DNA of 63,930 nucleotides, the filler included, from Octopus bimaculoides (lineage: Eukaryota), in NCBI RefSeq assembly GCF_001194135.2. It is 5 parts of 5 records of this genome, joined end to end, with 100 filler letters (N's around TTAATTAATTAA, not from the genome) between each part and the next. Parts side by side here need not be neighbours in the genome. Positions count along the whole stretch, not along the records: positions 1 to 9,824 come from NC_068995.1; positions 9,925 to 40,930 come from NC_068996.1; 3 more parts are not named here. One strand, given 5' to 3'. The notes below the pieces were generated by a model that saw only the letters and a program-made list of their open reading frames with translations, was not told the DNA's origin and searched no databases. Shown piece by piece: positions 1 to 12,750 of this stretch; the first letter of the stretch is position 1, and each line of letters starts with the position of its first letter. The translations under genes were made by a program, and so were the position numbers.

Positions 1-2680
1 GGAGGAATGTAGTGGCGGACAAAAAACAAGACAGGAAAACAAACGGAAAAGGCTATGCGGCCAGACGTGAAAAATTATGTGTATATGAACGCTGTGAGGC
101 ACAAACTGAAAGACGGGACGAAGTAAGTTCGCGGTGTTTGCTCGCGATAGCCAAGGAAGAAACGGATTAGTGACCGGAAGCATGTGACCAGGGAAGGGTA
201 AGACAGAGAGAGAGAGAGAGAGAGAGAGAGTGGTAGAGGGAGAAACAAGGGGAGGAAGTAGAAGAATAGGTGAGCAACGAGAGAAAGAGAGGAAGAGAGA
301 AATATAGTGGTAACAGAAGGACGAACGACAGAGGAAAGAGAGATATATAGTAGTGACAGAAGGAAGAACGAGAGGGGTAAAGAGAGATACGTAGTAGTAA
401 CAGAGGAAGAACGAGAGGGGGAAAAGTGATAGAGAAAGAGATAGAATCGCGTCAGAAAATATAAAGTTGAAAAAACTACTTACAACAGGGATGACGCAGG
501 CGTTCGATAATGTAAAACAAATAATAAGTGAGTAAATGCATATATACGTACAGGTATGTGCATACCTACGTCTACCTGNNNNNNNNNNAGAGGGAGAAAC
601 AAGGGGAGGAAGTAGAAGAATAGGTGAGCAACGAGAAAAAGAGAGGAAGAGGGAAATATAGTAGTAACAGAAGGGAGAACGAGAGAGAAAAGAGAGAGAT
701 ATAGTAGTGACAGAAGGAAGAACGAGAGGGGTAAAGAGAGATACGTAGTAGTAACAGAGGAAGAACGAGAGGGGAAAAGTGATAGAGAAAGAGATAGAAT
801 CGCGTCAGAAAATATAAAATTGAAAAAACTACTTACAACAGGGATGACGCAAGCGTTCGATAATGCAAAGCAAATAATAAGTGAGTATATGCATATATAC
901 GTACAGATATGTGCATACCTACGTCTACCTGTATATATAGGTGCATATATACGTACAGGTATGTGCATACCTACGTCTACCTGTATATATAGGTACATAT
1001 CTGGGTACAGGACATTGCAAACAAAACGTAGACAAGAAAATAATAATAACCAGAGTACAGAAAACACACAAGCCACATAGAGAACATTTTCCTTCATCAG
1101 CTACCCCCATTTCAACACCGGCGTTTCGAAGAGTTGGGCAGGACGCATCGTTAAAATGGCTCTTCCCATGGACCGCAAATTAAATTTGTATACACAAATT
1201 AAACCTGTGCCATGGAGGAATGTAGTGGCGGACAAAAAACAAGACAGGAAAACAAACGGAAAATAAAACAAGACAGGAAAACAAATGGAAAATGCTATGC
1301 GGCCAGACGTGAAAAATTATGTGTATATGAACGCTGTAAGGCACGAACTGAAAGACGGGATGAAGTAAGTTCGCGTGTTTGCTCGGCGATAGCCAAGGAA
1401 GAAGACGATTAGTGACGGGAAGCGTGTGACTAGGGAGGANNNNNNNNNNNNNNNNNNNNNNNNNNNNNNNNNNNNNNNNNNNNNNNNNNNNNNNNNNNNN
1501 NNNNNNNNNNNNNNNNNNNNNNNNNNNNNNNNNNNNNNNNNNNNNNNNNNNNNNNNNNNNNNNNNNNNNNNNNNNNNNNNNNNNNNNNNNNNNNNNNNNN
1601 NNNNNNNNNNNNNNNNNNNNNNNNNNNNNNNNNNNNNNNNNNNNNNNNNNNNNNNNNNNNNNNNNNNNNNNNNNNNNNNNNNNNNNNNNNNNNNNNNNNN
1701 NNNNNNNNNNNNNNNNNNNNNNNNNNNNNNNNNNNNNNNNNNNNNNNNNNNNNNNNNNNNNNNNNNNNNNNNNNNNNNNNNNNNNNNNNNNNNNNNNNNN
1801 NNNNNNNNNNNNNNNNNNNNNNNNNNNNNNNNNNNNNNNNNNNNNNNNNNNNNNNNNNNNNNNNNNNNNNNNNNNNNNNNNNNNNNNNNNNNNNNNNNNN
1901 NNNNNNNNNNNNNNNNNNNNNNNNNNNNNNNNNNNNNNNNNNNNNNNNNNNNNNNNNNNNNNNNNNNNNNNNNNNNNNNNNNNNNNNNNNNNNNNNNNNN
2001 NNNNNNNNNNNNNNNNNNNNNNNNNNNNNNNNNNNNNNNNNNNNNNNNNNNNNNNNNNNNNNNNNNNNNNNNNNNNNNNNNNNNNNNNNNNNNNNNNNNN
2101 NNNNNNNNNNNNNNNNNNNNNNGTGAGTATATGCATATATACGTACAGATATGTGCATACCTACGTCTACCTGTATATATAGGTACATATCTGGGTACAG
2201 GACATTGCAAACAAAACGTAGACAAGAAAATAATAATAACCAGAGTACAGAAAACACACAAGCCACATAGAGAACATTTTCCTTCATCAGCTACCCCCAT
2301 TTCAACACCGGCGTTTCGAAGAGTTGGGCAGGACGCATCGTTAAAATGGCTCTTCACATGCACCGCAAATTAAATTTGTATACACAAATTAAACCTGTGC
2401 CATGGAGGAATGTAGTGGCGGACAAAAAACAAGACAGGAAAACAAACGGAAAATAAAACAAGACAGGAAAACAAATGGAAAATGCTATGCGGCCAGACGT
2501 GAAAAATTATGTGTATATGAACGCTGTAAGGCACGAACTGAAAGACGGGATGAAGTAAGTTCGCGTGTTTGCTCGGCGATAGCCAAGGAAGAAGACGATT
2601 AGTGACGGGAAGCGTGTGACTAGGGAGGAGTAAGGAAGAGAGAGCGAGAGAGAAAGCGTGGTAGAGGGAGAAACAAATGA
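1..2680. repeat. Tandem repeat with a unit of about 1.2 kb, at least 2.2 copies, containing internal 58-bp subrepeats and a purine-rich tract
   Basis: GGAGGAATGTAGTGGCGGAC recurs at 1, 1214 and 2404. The 880-1440 and 2123-2630 blocks are near identical. Confidence 0.85.
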
Positions 2681-3124
2681 AAAGGTTTACTTATTAGCAA
2701 TTAAAACTTAAAGGCAAATCTAAAAGAGGTCACAAAAGTGATAGTGGGTACTGATTAGCACCGCCTGGCTAAGAGTGAAATTAACTCCAAAGCCCCAAAA
2801 GCACTATACTTAATGACTGACAAAGGGAGGTAAGTCGCTAGCATTTTCAATGGTTTCTCTTATAAGACACTTTTCTGACCATGTTCTATCCTCATGTCAA
2901 TCCAAATTTCTTCACAAAATTTCTCAAACTTCGCTGTAAATCTTCACAATGCTACTACAACTACAAAAATGACAGTCACTTTCTTCATTGCCCACATTCG
3001 TGCAATCTCATCCTGTAGCCACTTGCATTTATTAATCTTTTCCAGCCCATTTTATTATCATTATTGTTACTTACTTTTAATCTGCATGTTTGTTGCAATC
3101 CCTTGCCGAGATATACTCAGCCCC

Positions 3125-3710
3125 CTAGGGCAGGTGAGGGATAAGTGATGTTTTAGTATAACTGAAAGCTTGGAGAGGGGAAGCGAGAGGGGAAGTAGCG
3201 ATATATCGCCATGTAATACAACGCAGACATTTAAATTTATTGGACATTATTTGTCCGCAAAATCTTTTGGATTTCTTGAAGACATGGTTCTCAGGGGATG
3301 TAGTCTTGACGTTCCTGACCTCCTTTTTTTTTTCTTTTATCATACTTAGGGCACCTATAAAGACAGGAATAGTTTTTGCTTTACGATACCGGAACTTTTG
3401 TATTTCAATTTCCAGATCTTTATATCTACTAAGTTTGTCAAATTCCTTTACAGATTTATTTTTATCAGTGGCAAAATTTATATTTATTTGTCTACAAGCA
3501 TTTTCTTCCTCGATTCGCCTGGATGGTTCTGTCAGTGTTGACTGGAAAATCCCACAGGATAGTAGTATTTTTATATTGAACAGCCGGCTCAGGATCATAC
3601 TCATATCAGTTAGTAGGAGTCCCGATTTTATAGTGTTTCCAATGTAAATACTGTCCTACTCTATCGTGGCGATATCTGTATTCGTTTGCTGTTAGCAGAG
3701 GATTATTATC
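3125..3710 (-). mobile_element. Degenerate 3' fragment of an R4/Dong-like non-LTR retrotransposon (restriction-like endonuclease domain)
   Basis: Translation contains KNKSVKEFDKLSRYKDLEIEI...KTIPVFIGAL, typical of the C-terminus of R4/Dong-type elements. Confidence 0.75.
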
Positions 3711-3727
3711 ATTGATATGTTCTCATG

Positions 3728-3735
3728 CCAATTCC

Positions 3736-3825
<90 letters not shown>
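3728..3825. repeat. (TTA)n microsatellite
   Basis: Pure trinucleotide run. Confidence 0.98.
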
Positions 3826-3826
<1 letters not shown>

Positions 3827-4379
3827 GTGTGAGAGAGCAGTCCATGCCATCAAAGTGACACTGGGGTAAAATATACAAAGCCCAATATACCCATCATGAC
3901 TACCCGTCTGATAAGGGTACACCAGGCACATGCATCACAACCATACGTGCGCGACTTGGTGATCTCATATCAAGATAAACAGCGCATGACCTTGCAGGTG
4001 GGGTCGAGTTAGAATTTTTTTCAGGTCGAGTAGCCCATCCCGCTCAAAAGGTCCCTGAATAAGGTTTGTTTAAGGATGTTGAGCAAAACAACCATGTTTC
4101 CAAAGGTGAATTATTCAAACCCAAGGAACTCCTCTCAACACATGGGTATGAGGCTCCCCCACAACTTCTGGCCGTGATTACAGATGCACATATCGTCAGC
4201 CACCAAGGGACATACTCAACTGGTTACGGTCAAACAACTGACAAGCAAATCTGTGGTATTAAGCAGAATATTTGCTGTAGCCCATATTTTATACCAAGAC
4301 AAAACAATGTACATGATAACACTTCCAATCAATTAAGATCAGAAACCATGAGAGCCACTGCCTGGTACGGCATCAAGGC

Positions 4380-4380
<1 letters not shown>
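3826..4380 (-). mobile_element. Non-coding 555-bp interspersed element flanked by (TAA)n on both sides
   Basis: Bounded by (TTA)n runs. Homologous sequence occurs in the opposite orientation at 20690-21695. Confidence 0.75.
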
Positions 4381-4427
<47 letters not shown>

Positions 4428-4474
4428 CAACATCATCATCATCATCATCCCAACACCATCACCATCACCATCAC

Positions 4475-4544
<70 letters not shown>

Positions 4545-4568
4545 GTCATCATCGTCATCATCGTCATT
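4381..4568. repeat. Compound (TTA)n-(CAT)n microsatellite
   Basis: Seen directly. It explains the poly-I/S/D ORFs in the track. Confidence 0.97.
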
Positions 4569-4609
4569 ATATGAAAACTCACAGCTTATTTTGCTGGGTA
4601 TGATGTAAA

Positions 4610-6266
4610 CTGTCAACACACATAGACAGGCAAATGCTGAAACACAAAAAGACAACAAACAAAATAACACACACTATAACAGACCACCTATAACCGACGA
4701 CGGAGACGAACCGACTGAAGAAGTAGCAAAAGTAGAATAACTAAACATTACGCAGTCGATAAATATGGACCAGCATAAACGTCTCGCCAGGCTACAGAAA
4801 AATAAACAGCTCTATGAAAGGGTAAATAGATACGACAGAGCCTTACAAGAAATAATGACCATCTCCACATATACACAAACTAAATGGCTTCTAGATATGA
4901 ACAAACTAAATGGCTTCATCTGCTTTATCCGGGGAAAGTGAACTTAACGCTAAAAATTAGATAATAGGGATAAACACGCTAGCCATAACAGTCGTAAATT
5001 ACAGCTTTAATATAATACACTGGAAGATCAGAAAATTGAGAAACTTAGAGAGAAACACCAGAAAACTAACAGCGTACCGAAGTCACCACCCCAAAACAGA
5101 CACATATAGAATATATCTACCCCGCTCAGAAAGAGACAGTGTCCTTATACAGAATTACTATAAAATAACAACAGTTGGACTAGCAAAGAACATAGAAACA
5201 AAGAGTAGAAGACAACTCTATGTAGTAAAGCAACACGAGAAAACGAAAATGCTTTTCTCGATACAGAGGAAGGCAACAAAATACAAAACAGAAACACCCT
5301 ACACTGACACACTAACCTCAGATGACAATATAGCAGAAATGCTTAAAGAGAAAAAAAGCAACATGAAAGCTGAATTACAAATAACACTGAAGAAGAAATG
5401 AAGAGAAAAATCACTTCAATGCAAGGCTTAAACGAAAGGAAGGGAGCCTAAGTAAAAGCCAACAATGGTTCAAAAGCACTGGGCTAAAAGCCGATACGGA
5501 AGGACTCATACTCACTGCGCAAGACCAATGCCTGACTACAAACAATTATAAAAACAAAATAATAGAAACAGGCTTCAACACCAAATGCAGAATGTGCAAC
5601 CAACACAATGAGGCAGTTGACCAGTCCTTGCCAAGTCTGAATATATATACGGACACGACAAAGTGAGCAGTTATATCCACTGGACAATATGCCAACAACA
5701 ACGCATTAAGACTGACAACAATTGGGATAAACATGCGCCAAACAAGGTACAAGACAATGAATGACTAGGCCACAATCGTATGAGATATGTCGGTTTAAAC
5801 CGACAGTTAAATAAAAGCTAATCGTCGAGACATAATAATCAAGGATTGGTGGAAAATCCCTGCTTACTGATAGACATAGCAGTACTTTCTGATCAAAATA
5901 TTGTCAAAGAAAGAAGTGGGGAAATTGTCAAAGGAGAAAGACCTAGAAATTGAAGTAGTCAAAATGTGGGGCATGAAGGTAAAAATCAATACCTATAATA
6001 ATTGGCGCAGTGGACATCATAAAAAGAAAACAATGCTCACTGTTCAAAATATAGCCCGGCTAGAAACTGCCCACATCCTAAGCAAGACATTATCAATCCA
6101 ATAACAAAAACTAAACAAAACAACCCCCAAATACCAGACACGCTATCCAGCATTTACCCAGTGACATAAACTTCCACCAGCAGAAAAACACATAATGCGG
6201 CACACACCCCAACAACACGGAGGTGTAGCAGGAGACGCAGTACAAATTTGCCTCAATCTACCAATC

Positions 6267-6336
<70 letters not shown>

Positions 6337-6350
6337 TGATGATGATAATA
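4610..6350 (+). mobile_element. 5'-truncated, frameshifted R4/Dong-like LINE with a (TAA)n tail
   Basis: Motif remnants HHPKTDTYRIYLPRSE, CRMC, HDKV..YIHW and KEVGKLSKEKDLEIEVVKMWGMK. (TAA)n tail at about 6268-6350. Confidence 0.85.
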
Positions 6351-6489
6351 ATACTTCAGGAAAACTGTCTGCTTGCTTTGCTAGGTATAATGGAAGTTAT
6401 CGGCTGGCACACACAACACACTAAGGTAACACTTGTGTAGTGGTCATGTGTCAAGTACATTGAGAAAAGTCCTTACACTTCCGTGTATA

Positions 6490-6577
6490 ATAATAATAAT
6501 AATAATAATTATTATTATTATTATTTTTTTTTTTGTTGATATTATTATTATTATTATTATTATTATTTTTGTTATTA

Positions 6578-6635
<58 letters not shown>

Positions 6636-6960
6636 TATTATCTCAGGTTTCTTGGAACTGATAGAGTCTTGCATGCGAAGCGGGCTTACTACCTGCAACC
6701 TACGGTACCATGCTATCCTTTTTTTTCAGTTATCTAATGCTTTCCTGATTATTCTGGCCATGTCAAAGAGGTAAACCATTTCTAACAGTTCTACTGAGCA
6801 CTCTATTCCAGTTTTCTTTATATTCCTCTTGATGTTTTCTGATACTGTTCCCAAGGACCCAACAATAATTGGGACCATCTTCACCTTCTTCATTGACTAT
6901 TCTTGGATCAAAGGGGCACGCAACATCAACTCAACTATATAGCACATATGGTGCATCTTG
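6490..6960 (-). mobile_element. 3' fragment of another R4/Dong-like LINE with its (TAA)n tail
   Basis: Minus-strand DVACPFDPRI, then KKVKMVPIIVGSLGTVSENIKRNIKKTGIECSVELL...ARIIRKALDN-stop. Tail at 6490-6640. Confidence 0.75.
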
Positions 6961-7022
6961 TCGACCAACACGTGATATTTCGTTATACAACCATAATATA
7001 CTATAATGTATATTAAATATTT

Positions 7023-7177
7023 TTATAAGTCAACACCACGTCCTATAATTTCTGTGAAATAATTTCTGGATATAATTTCTGTGAAATAATTTCTGGATAT
7101 AATTTCTGTGAAAATAACCTTAACAAAATAATGTAGTAAATACTGCTGATGCAGTAGGACGTGGTGTTGACTTATAA
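7023..7177. mobile_element. MITE-like element with 23-bp terminal inverted repeats and an internal 27-bp tandem repeat
   Basis: TTATAAGTCAACACCACGTCCTA (7023-7045) is the reverse complement of 7155-7177. Confidence 0.7.
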
Positions 7178-8167
7178 ATACGTTTAATATATTTAACAAA
7201 AAATAAGTACCAGTCAAGTACTGGTGTCAATTTAATCGACTAGACCCCCTCTTCCAAAATTGCTGAGCGTATATTATAAAAGAAGATTATTATTGTTCTT
7301 ATTATTGTTATTTTTATTATTTGTATAATCATAGCGTTCATCATCATTATCCTTATTCAGCTTCCATATTTTTATTGCATACATTCATTGCCCTACTGAG
7401 TACTGCTGCGTGTTGCTTCGTGCATGTGTAGTACGTGCTACAGCAATTCTCTCAATGTTCTGCATAAGCATATATCATGAGTTTTGTTTATGTACGTTTC
7501 TACACATTTTATGGTCGTTCCAAAATCAATAGTATCATTAGTATTGTGGTTGCTATCGTTATTATTAATATCATTAGTATCATCATGAATGTACAGTCTT
7601 TTCCTAATTGTCAGATCCAATACAAGTAAACTGCAAGTGGACATTTAACAAGTACATGTTCGGGAATAAATTTATTGATAAATGAATCATCTCAAATAAT
7701 TTAGCAGGTTACGATTATATATTGCTGATAACAAGATTAAGTTATTCAATCGCTATACCCTGGTGAACTATGAGCATTCTTGAACAAAAGTTACCACGGC
7801 AGATATTCAAATTAATTAAGTGAGTTGCTTTTAACTTCCGGTCTCTCATTTGTGGTAATGAGTTGTTTGGTTTCACATGCTAGTAAGCTCTCTCTTTAAT
7901 TATGTCCTCCCATCTGTATTTCTCAAGCAGTCTCTCCTCGCTCGCGTATTCATCTCATGCTACTTTTTCTTTTATTTTCCTCGTTTTCGTTAAATTTTAT
8001 TACTCATTGTTTTCAATATAAATTCTACCATAATCTCTATATCTCTATCACTCTTTCCTTTATTCGATTTCTTTCTGTATCTCTCCAAACGTAGACACGC
8101 ATACACACCCATCTCTGTCTGTATGTATGTATGTACGTATGTATACATGTTTGCTTATATATCTAAA

Positions 8168-8555
8168 TCGTCGTCGTCGTCGGTTACGACGACGGGGATT
8201 TCAATTGATCCGATCAACGGAACAGTCTGATCGTGAAATTAACGTGCAAGTGGGTGAGCACTCCACAGACACGTGTACCCTTAACGATGGTCTAAGGGGT
8301 ATTCTGAGTGACACAGAGTGTGGCAAGTCTGACCCTTTGAAATACAGGTACAACAGAAACAGGAAGAAAGAGTGAGAGAAACTTGTGGTGAAAGAGTACA
8401 GCATGATTCACCACCACCCCTTCCAGGAGCCTCGTGGAGCTTTAGCAGTTTTCGCTCAATAAACACTGACAAACCACGGCCTACGAATCTAAACCGCGAT
8501 CCTACGACTTGGAGTCCGCTGCCCCAACCACCGAGCCATTGCCCATTGCGCTTCC
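8168..8555 (-). mobile_element. tRNA-derived SINE, family C (possibly related to octopus OR-type SINEs)
   Basis: Reverse complement of the copy at 49835-50217. tRNA-like head with A and B boxes and a (GAC/GAT)n tail. Confidence 0.85.
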
Positions 8556-8905
8556 GTATGTCTAAATATATATATATATATATATATANNNNNNNNNNNN
8601 NNNNNNNNNNNNNNNNNNNNNNNNNNNNNNNNNNNNNNNNNNNNNNNNNNNNNNNNNNNNNNNNNNNNNNNNNNNNNNNNNNNNNNNNNNNNNNNNNNNN
8701 NNNNNNNNNNNNNNNNNNNNNNNNNNNNNNNNNNNNNNNNNNNNNNNNNNNNNNNNNNNNNNNNNNNNNNNNNNNNNNNNNNNNNNNNNNNNNNNNNNNN
8801 NNNNNNNNNNNNNNNNNNNNNNNNNNNNNNNNNNNNNNNNNNNNNNNNNNNNNNNNNNNNNNNNNNNNNNNNNNNNNNNNNNNNNNNNNNNNNNNNNNNN
8901 NNNNN

Positions 8906-9400
8906 TTAAAACGTCGACATTTCAGCTACATTTTCATCTTGGTCAAGAGACGGAAGTCCGCGGGTGCTAAATCTGCCGAATAGGGTGGAGGCGGAAACGA
9001 TACCATGCCTTTGACAAGTAACTCACGAGTGAGGAAAGCTTGGTGACTGGGTGAACTGCAGTCGGGAAGAATTCAAGTCTTCGTGCCCCAGAGATCCGGT
9101 CACTTCCACCGAATATCCTACTTCAAATGCTTCAAATGTCGCATTAGAACTCTCGATTGACGGCCTCGACCTGGGGACGAATTCCCAATGCCCAATACCA
9201 CATATCCGGGGCTCACTCTTGTGGTAGATCGTACAGGTCTCTTATCATTTTCTAGAGTCGTTCTTCTGCTATTGAGGTACGAGTGCCACTGAAAATATTT
9301 CGTATGTTTCATTGCCTCGTAACTGTAAGCTTGTCGAAGTATGGTCAGCGTCTCTGTAGCAGACTCACCTAGTTTCAGATGAAATTTCAAGATGGTTCTT
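8906..9400 (-). pseudogene. Mariner transposase relic with internal deletion and stops
   Basis: N-terminal HTH KFHLKLGESATETLTILRQAY...RRTTLENDKRPVRS and C-terminal PPYSADLAPADF (the mariner YSPDLAPxD motif). Confidence 0.85.
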
Positions 9401-9675
9401 TGTACCTGTCAAAGAAAAAATTGCAGACTACCGCTTACACGTATTCGCAAAACCCCACTTATCAAAACTTGCGAAGTAAAGACAGCGATGTCACTCTGCA
9501 CACTGCCTCAGGTAGGTTACTGGTAGCTGTCACTGCGCACGCAATCGTGTACTGTCATCAGTAAGTGGGCTACAAAACTATTCGAGGATCATTATGGTGC
9601 TATCTCGTATGTATGTAAGTATGTATGTGTGTGTGTGTGTGTGTATGTGTGTGTGTGTGTGTGTGTGGGTGTGTG

Positions 9676-9717
<42 letters not shown>

Positions 9718-9732
9718 GAGATAGATAGATAG

Positions 9733-9767
<35 letters not shown>

Positions 9768-9775
9768 TATAGATC

Positions 9776-9824
<49 letters not shown>

Positions 9825-9924
9825 NNNNNNNNNNNNNNNNNNNNNNNNNNNNNNNNNNNNNNNNNNNNTTAATTAATTAANNNNNNNNNNNNNNNNNNNN
9901 NNNNNNNNNNNNNNNNNNNNNNNN
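9825..9924. other. Artificial contig linker (44 N + TTAATTAATTAA + 44 N)
   Basis: Identical 100-bp structure four times in the window. The 12-mer gives stops in all six frames. Confidence 0.95.
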
Positions 9925-10029
9925 TATATATATAGTTCAAAAACACGATAACAAAAAAACAAAAAAACAACAAAGTGAGGACGTGATATGGATAGTATTA
10001 TTGGACGCTCAGGAAAGGAAAGAGAGAGT

Positions 10030-10066
10030 GTATGACGTTTCGGGCGTAGCCCTTCGTCGGAAAGAT
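10030..10066 (-). ncRNA. Degenerate Penelope-type hammerhead motif
   Basis: Minus strand CCGACGA-A-GGGC-TAC-GCCC-GAAA-CGTC. Stem II and the ACGT palindrome are intact, the core has U4-to-C, and there is no convincing stem I. Confidence 0.5.
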
Positions 10067-10800
10067 GGAAAGTTCGGAGAATGGAAGAACGGAGAAAGAG
10101 GAAAATGGTACCGATGCCCACGAGGTTACATGATGAAAAGGAACACACACACACGCACACACACACATGTAAATGTCAAACAATGAAAATGAGTGCTCAA
10201 CACTGCATTTGTGGATATAATTTCTTTATTTGTGAATTAAGGTTATCATTGGTTTCTTGTTAAGAAAAGTAGGAAAATATCCTAGCATCTTAACAATTTT
10301 TCAAGCCAATCACATGGAGAAAGGTGTTTACCTCCATTTTAGAGAACACAGCTTCATTTAGTATACAATCCTGTGAAGGTAAGATCAACAAAAAAAGTAC
10401 TCTATCTGTTCCTGTTACTTAGCAATTTGGCAAAAAGAAATGGATAGAATAAGTACTAGGTTTACGAAGAATAAGTGCTGGGGTCAATTTGTTCAACTAA
10501 AAGCGGTGCTCCAGCATGGTCGCAGTCAAACAACTGAAACAAATAAAAGAATAAAAGAATATCTGGTGAGAGATAAATATTGTTTAATAAACACAGTATA
10601 TATTTTTATGAGCTACTAATAGTTTCATGCAAATAAAATGACTTGGACAAAATTTTATAACACCTATCGTCCTGTTTTAGCTTGTATACGCCATGTGGGC
10701 ATAGCCTGATGATTGCATGAAGGCACAAGACATGTTATAAAATGTTGCCTGAGTTGTTTTCGTCACATGAAACTCTTAGTAGCTCATAGAATATATACAA

Positions 10801-11035
10801 GGCAGCGAGCTGGCAGAAACATTAGCGCGCTGGGCGAAATGCTTAGCGGTATTTCGTCTGCTGCTACGTTCTGAGTTCAAATTTCACCGAGGTCGACTTT
10901 GCCTTTCATCCTTTCGGGGTTGATTAAATAAGTACCAGTTACGCACTGGGGTCGATACAATCGACTTAATCCGTTTGTTTTGTCCTTGTTTGGCCCCTCT
11001 GTGTAGCCCTTGTGTGCAGTAAAGAAATAAGAAAT
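10801..11035 (+). mobile_element. tRNA-derived SINE, family B, with a Nin/Deu-like central domain
   Basis: B box GAGTTCAAAT, then GTCGACTTTGCCTTTCATCCTTTCGGGG...AAGTACCAG, resembling the Deu/Nin domain. Many other copies in the window. Confidence 0.8.
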
Positions 11036-11658
11036 ATATACTGTGTTTATCAAACAGTCCACCTTGTAAGGGTAATTTACCCAGTATTTCTGTTGTTCTA
11101 ACAGTAATTCTACATTTGAATATGTGTGTGTGTGTGTATAGAAAATGTACTATATATACTGTGTGTGTGTACACAGGTTTTACTGTGTCACTCATGAGTA
11201 TTAGATCCTGGATTTGATTCTTGGACTGGGTGGTGCAATGTGTCCTTGAGCAAGGTACTTAATTTCATGTTGCTTCAGTTTATTTAGATGACAATGTATA
11301 CCAGTGATAAGTGGTGTCGGTGATGGTGAGGAGTTTGAGTTTAATTTTGTGGTGGTCTGGCATCAGGTTGAGGGGAAGGGATTAGGAGAATCTTTTGCTC
11401 TTAGTCACTTGAACACTCTAGAAACCGTGGTATGTCAGGCCAAATTGGCCTATAGGCTTCAAAGTGATTTTAAGATTTATAAATATGCTTGCACACACAT
11501 ACACACACACACATACACACACACACATACACATGTACACACACACACACATATGTACACACAAAAGACAAGCAGAAGCTTCAGTGGGCAGCCAAACCAG
11601 CAAATTTGCTATGTATTTAACTGAAATTCTTATTCTGCTAATATAGATATATGTGTGC

Positions 11659-11731
<73 letters not shown>

Positions 11732-12349
11732 TACATACATATATTGTATATATGCATATGTACACACACATACACGTATATATATATGTATCTATGTATG
11801 TATGTTTGCATCTATATATAAGTAGATATACATGTATGTATATGAGTGCGTGTGTGGAGGGGGGACGGTAGCGGGGGATTTGATGGAAGGGTGAGTGTGC
11901 ACGTCTGTATACGTCAGAAAGGTTTGTTATTTCTTGCTAGCAGCAAGCACGATGTACCTGACAGTAGACAAGCTGGCGGTCATATCAACGTTTTATTTTA
12001 TTATTATCATTATTATTATTTGTTTAATATTTTATTCTCTTTTATTTCTTTGTTTCCCTCCAAATTAAAATCGATACATTGTACATAAGGTGACATAAAA
12101 TTCAGTTTATGAAAACATAATTTAACACAAACGTATAAAAAAACATTCTAGTAAATAATAAAATATGAGAAATAAAATAAATATCGCTTTGCTAAACAGG
12201 TAGGAAACTCTCAAGCGAGCTGAACAACAGAAATTCTTCGGAGTAGAAAAGTTCCCCGTCAGGGGAGTGTTATGGCCCTTATGTTAAACGTTAATTTTTA
12301 CCTCCCTTTACACGTTAATCTGTCTTCTTTCTTCTCAATCTGTCTGTAC

Positions 12350-12750
12350 TCTTTACTCTTTTACTTGTTTTAGTCATTTGACTGTGACCATGCTGGAGCA
12401 CCGCCTTTAGTCGAGCAAATCGACCCCAGGACTTATTCTTTGGAAGCCTAGTACTTATTCTATCGTTCTCTTTTGTCAAACTGCTAAGTTACGGGGACGT
12501 AAACATACCAGCATCGGTTGTCAAACGATGTTGGGAGACAAATACAGACACAAACTTATACACACACATACATATATATATATACATATATACGACGGGC
12601 TTCTTTCAGTTTCCGTCGACCAAATCCACTCACAAAGCTTTGGTCGGCCCGAGGCTATAGTGGAAGACACTTGCCCAAGGTGCCACGCAGTGGGACTGAA
12701 CCCGGAACCATGTGGTTGGTAAGCAAGCTACTTACCACACAGTCACTCCT
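12350..12750 (-). mobile_element. tRNA-derived SINE, family A (head + CORE-like domain + internal microsatellite + tail)
   Basis: Reverse complement of the full copy at 61802-62263. Confidence 0.88.
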
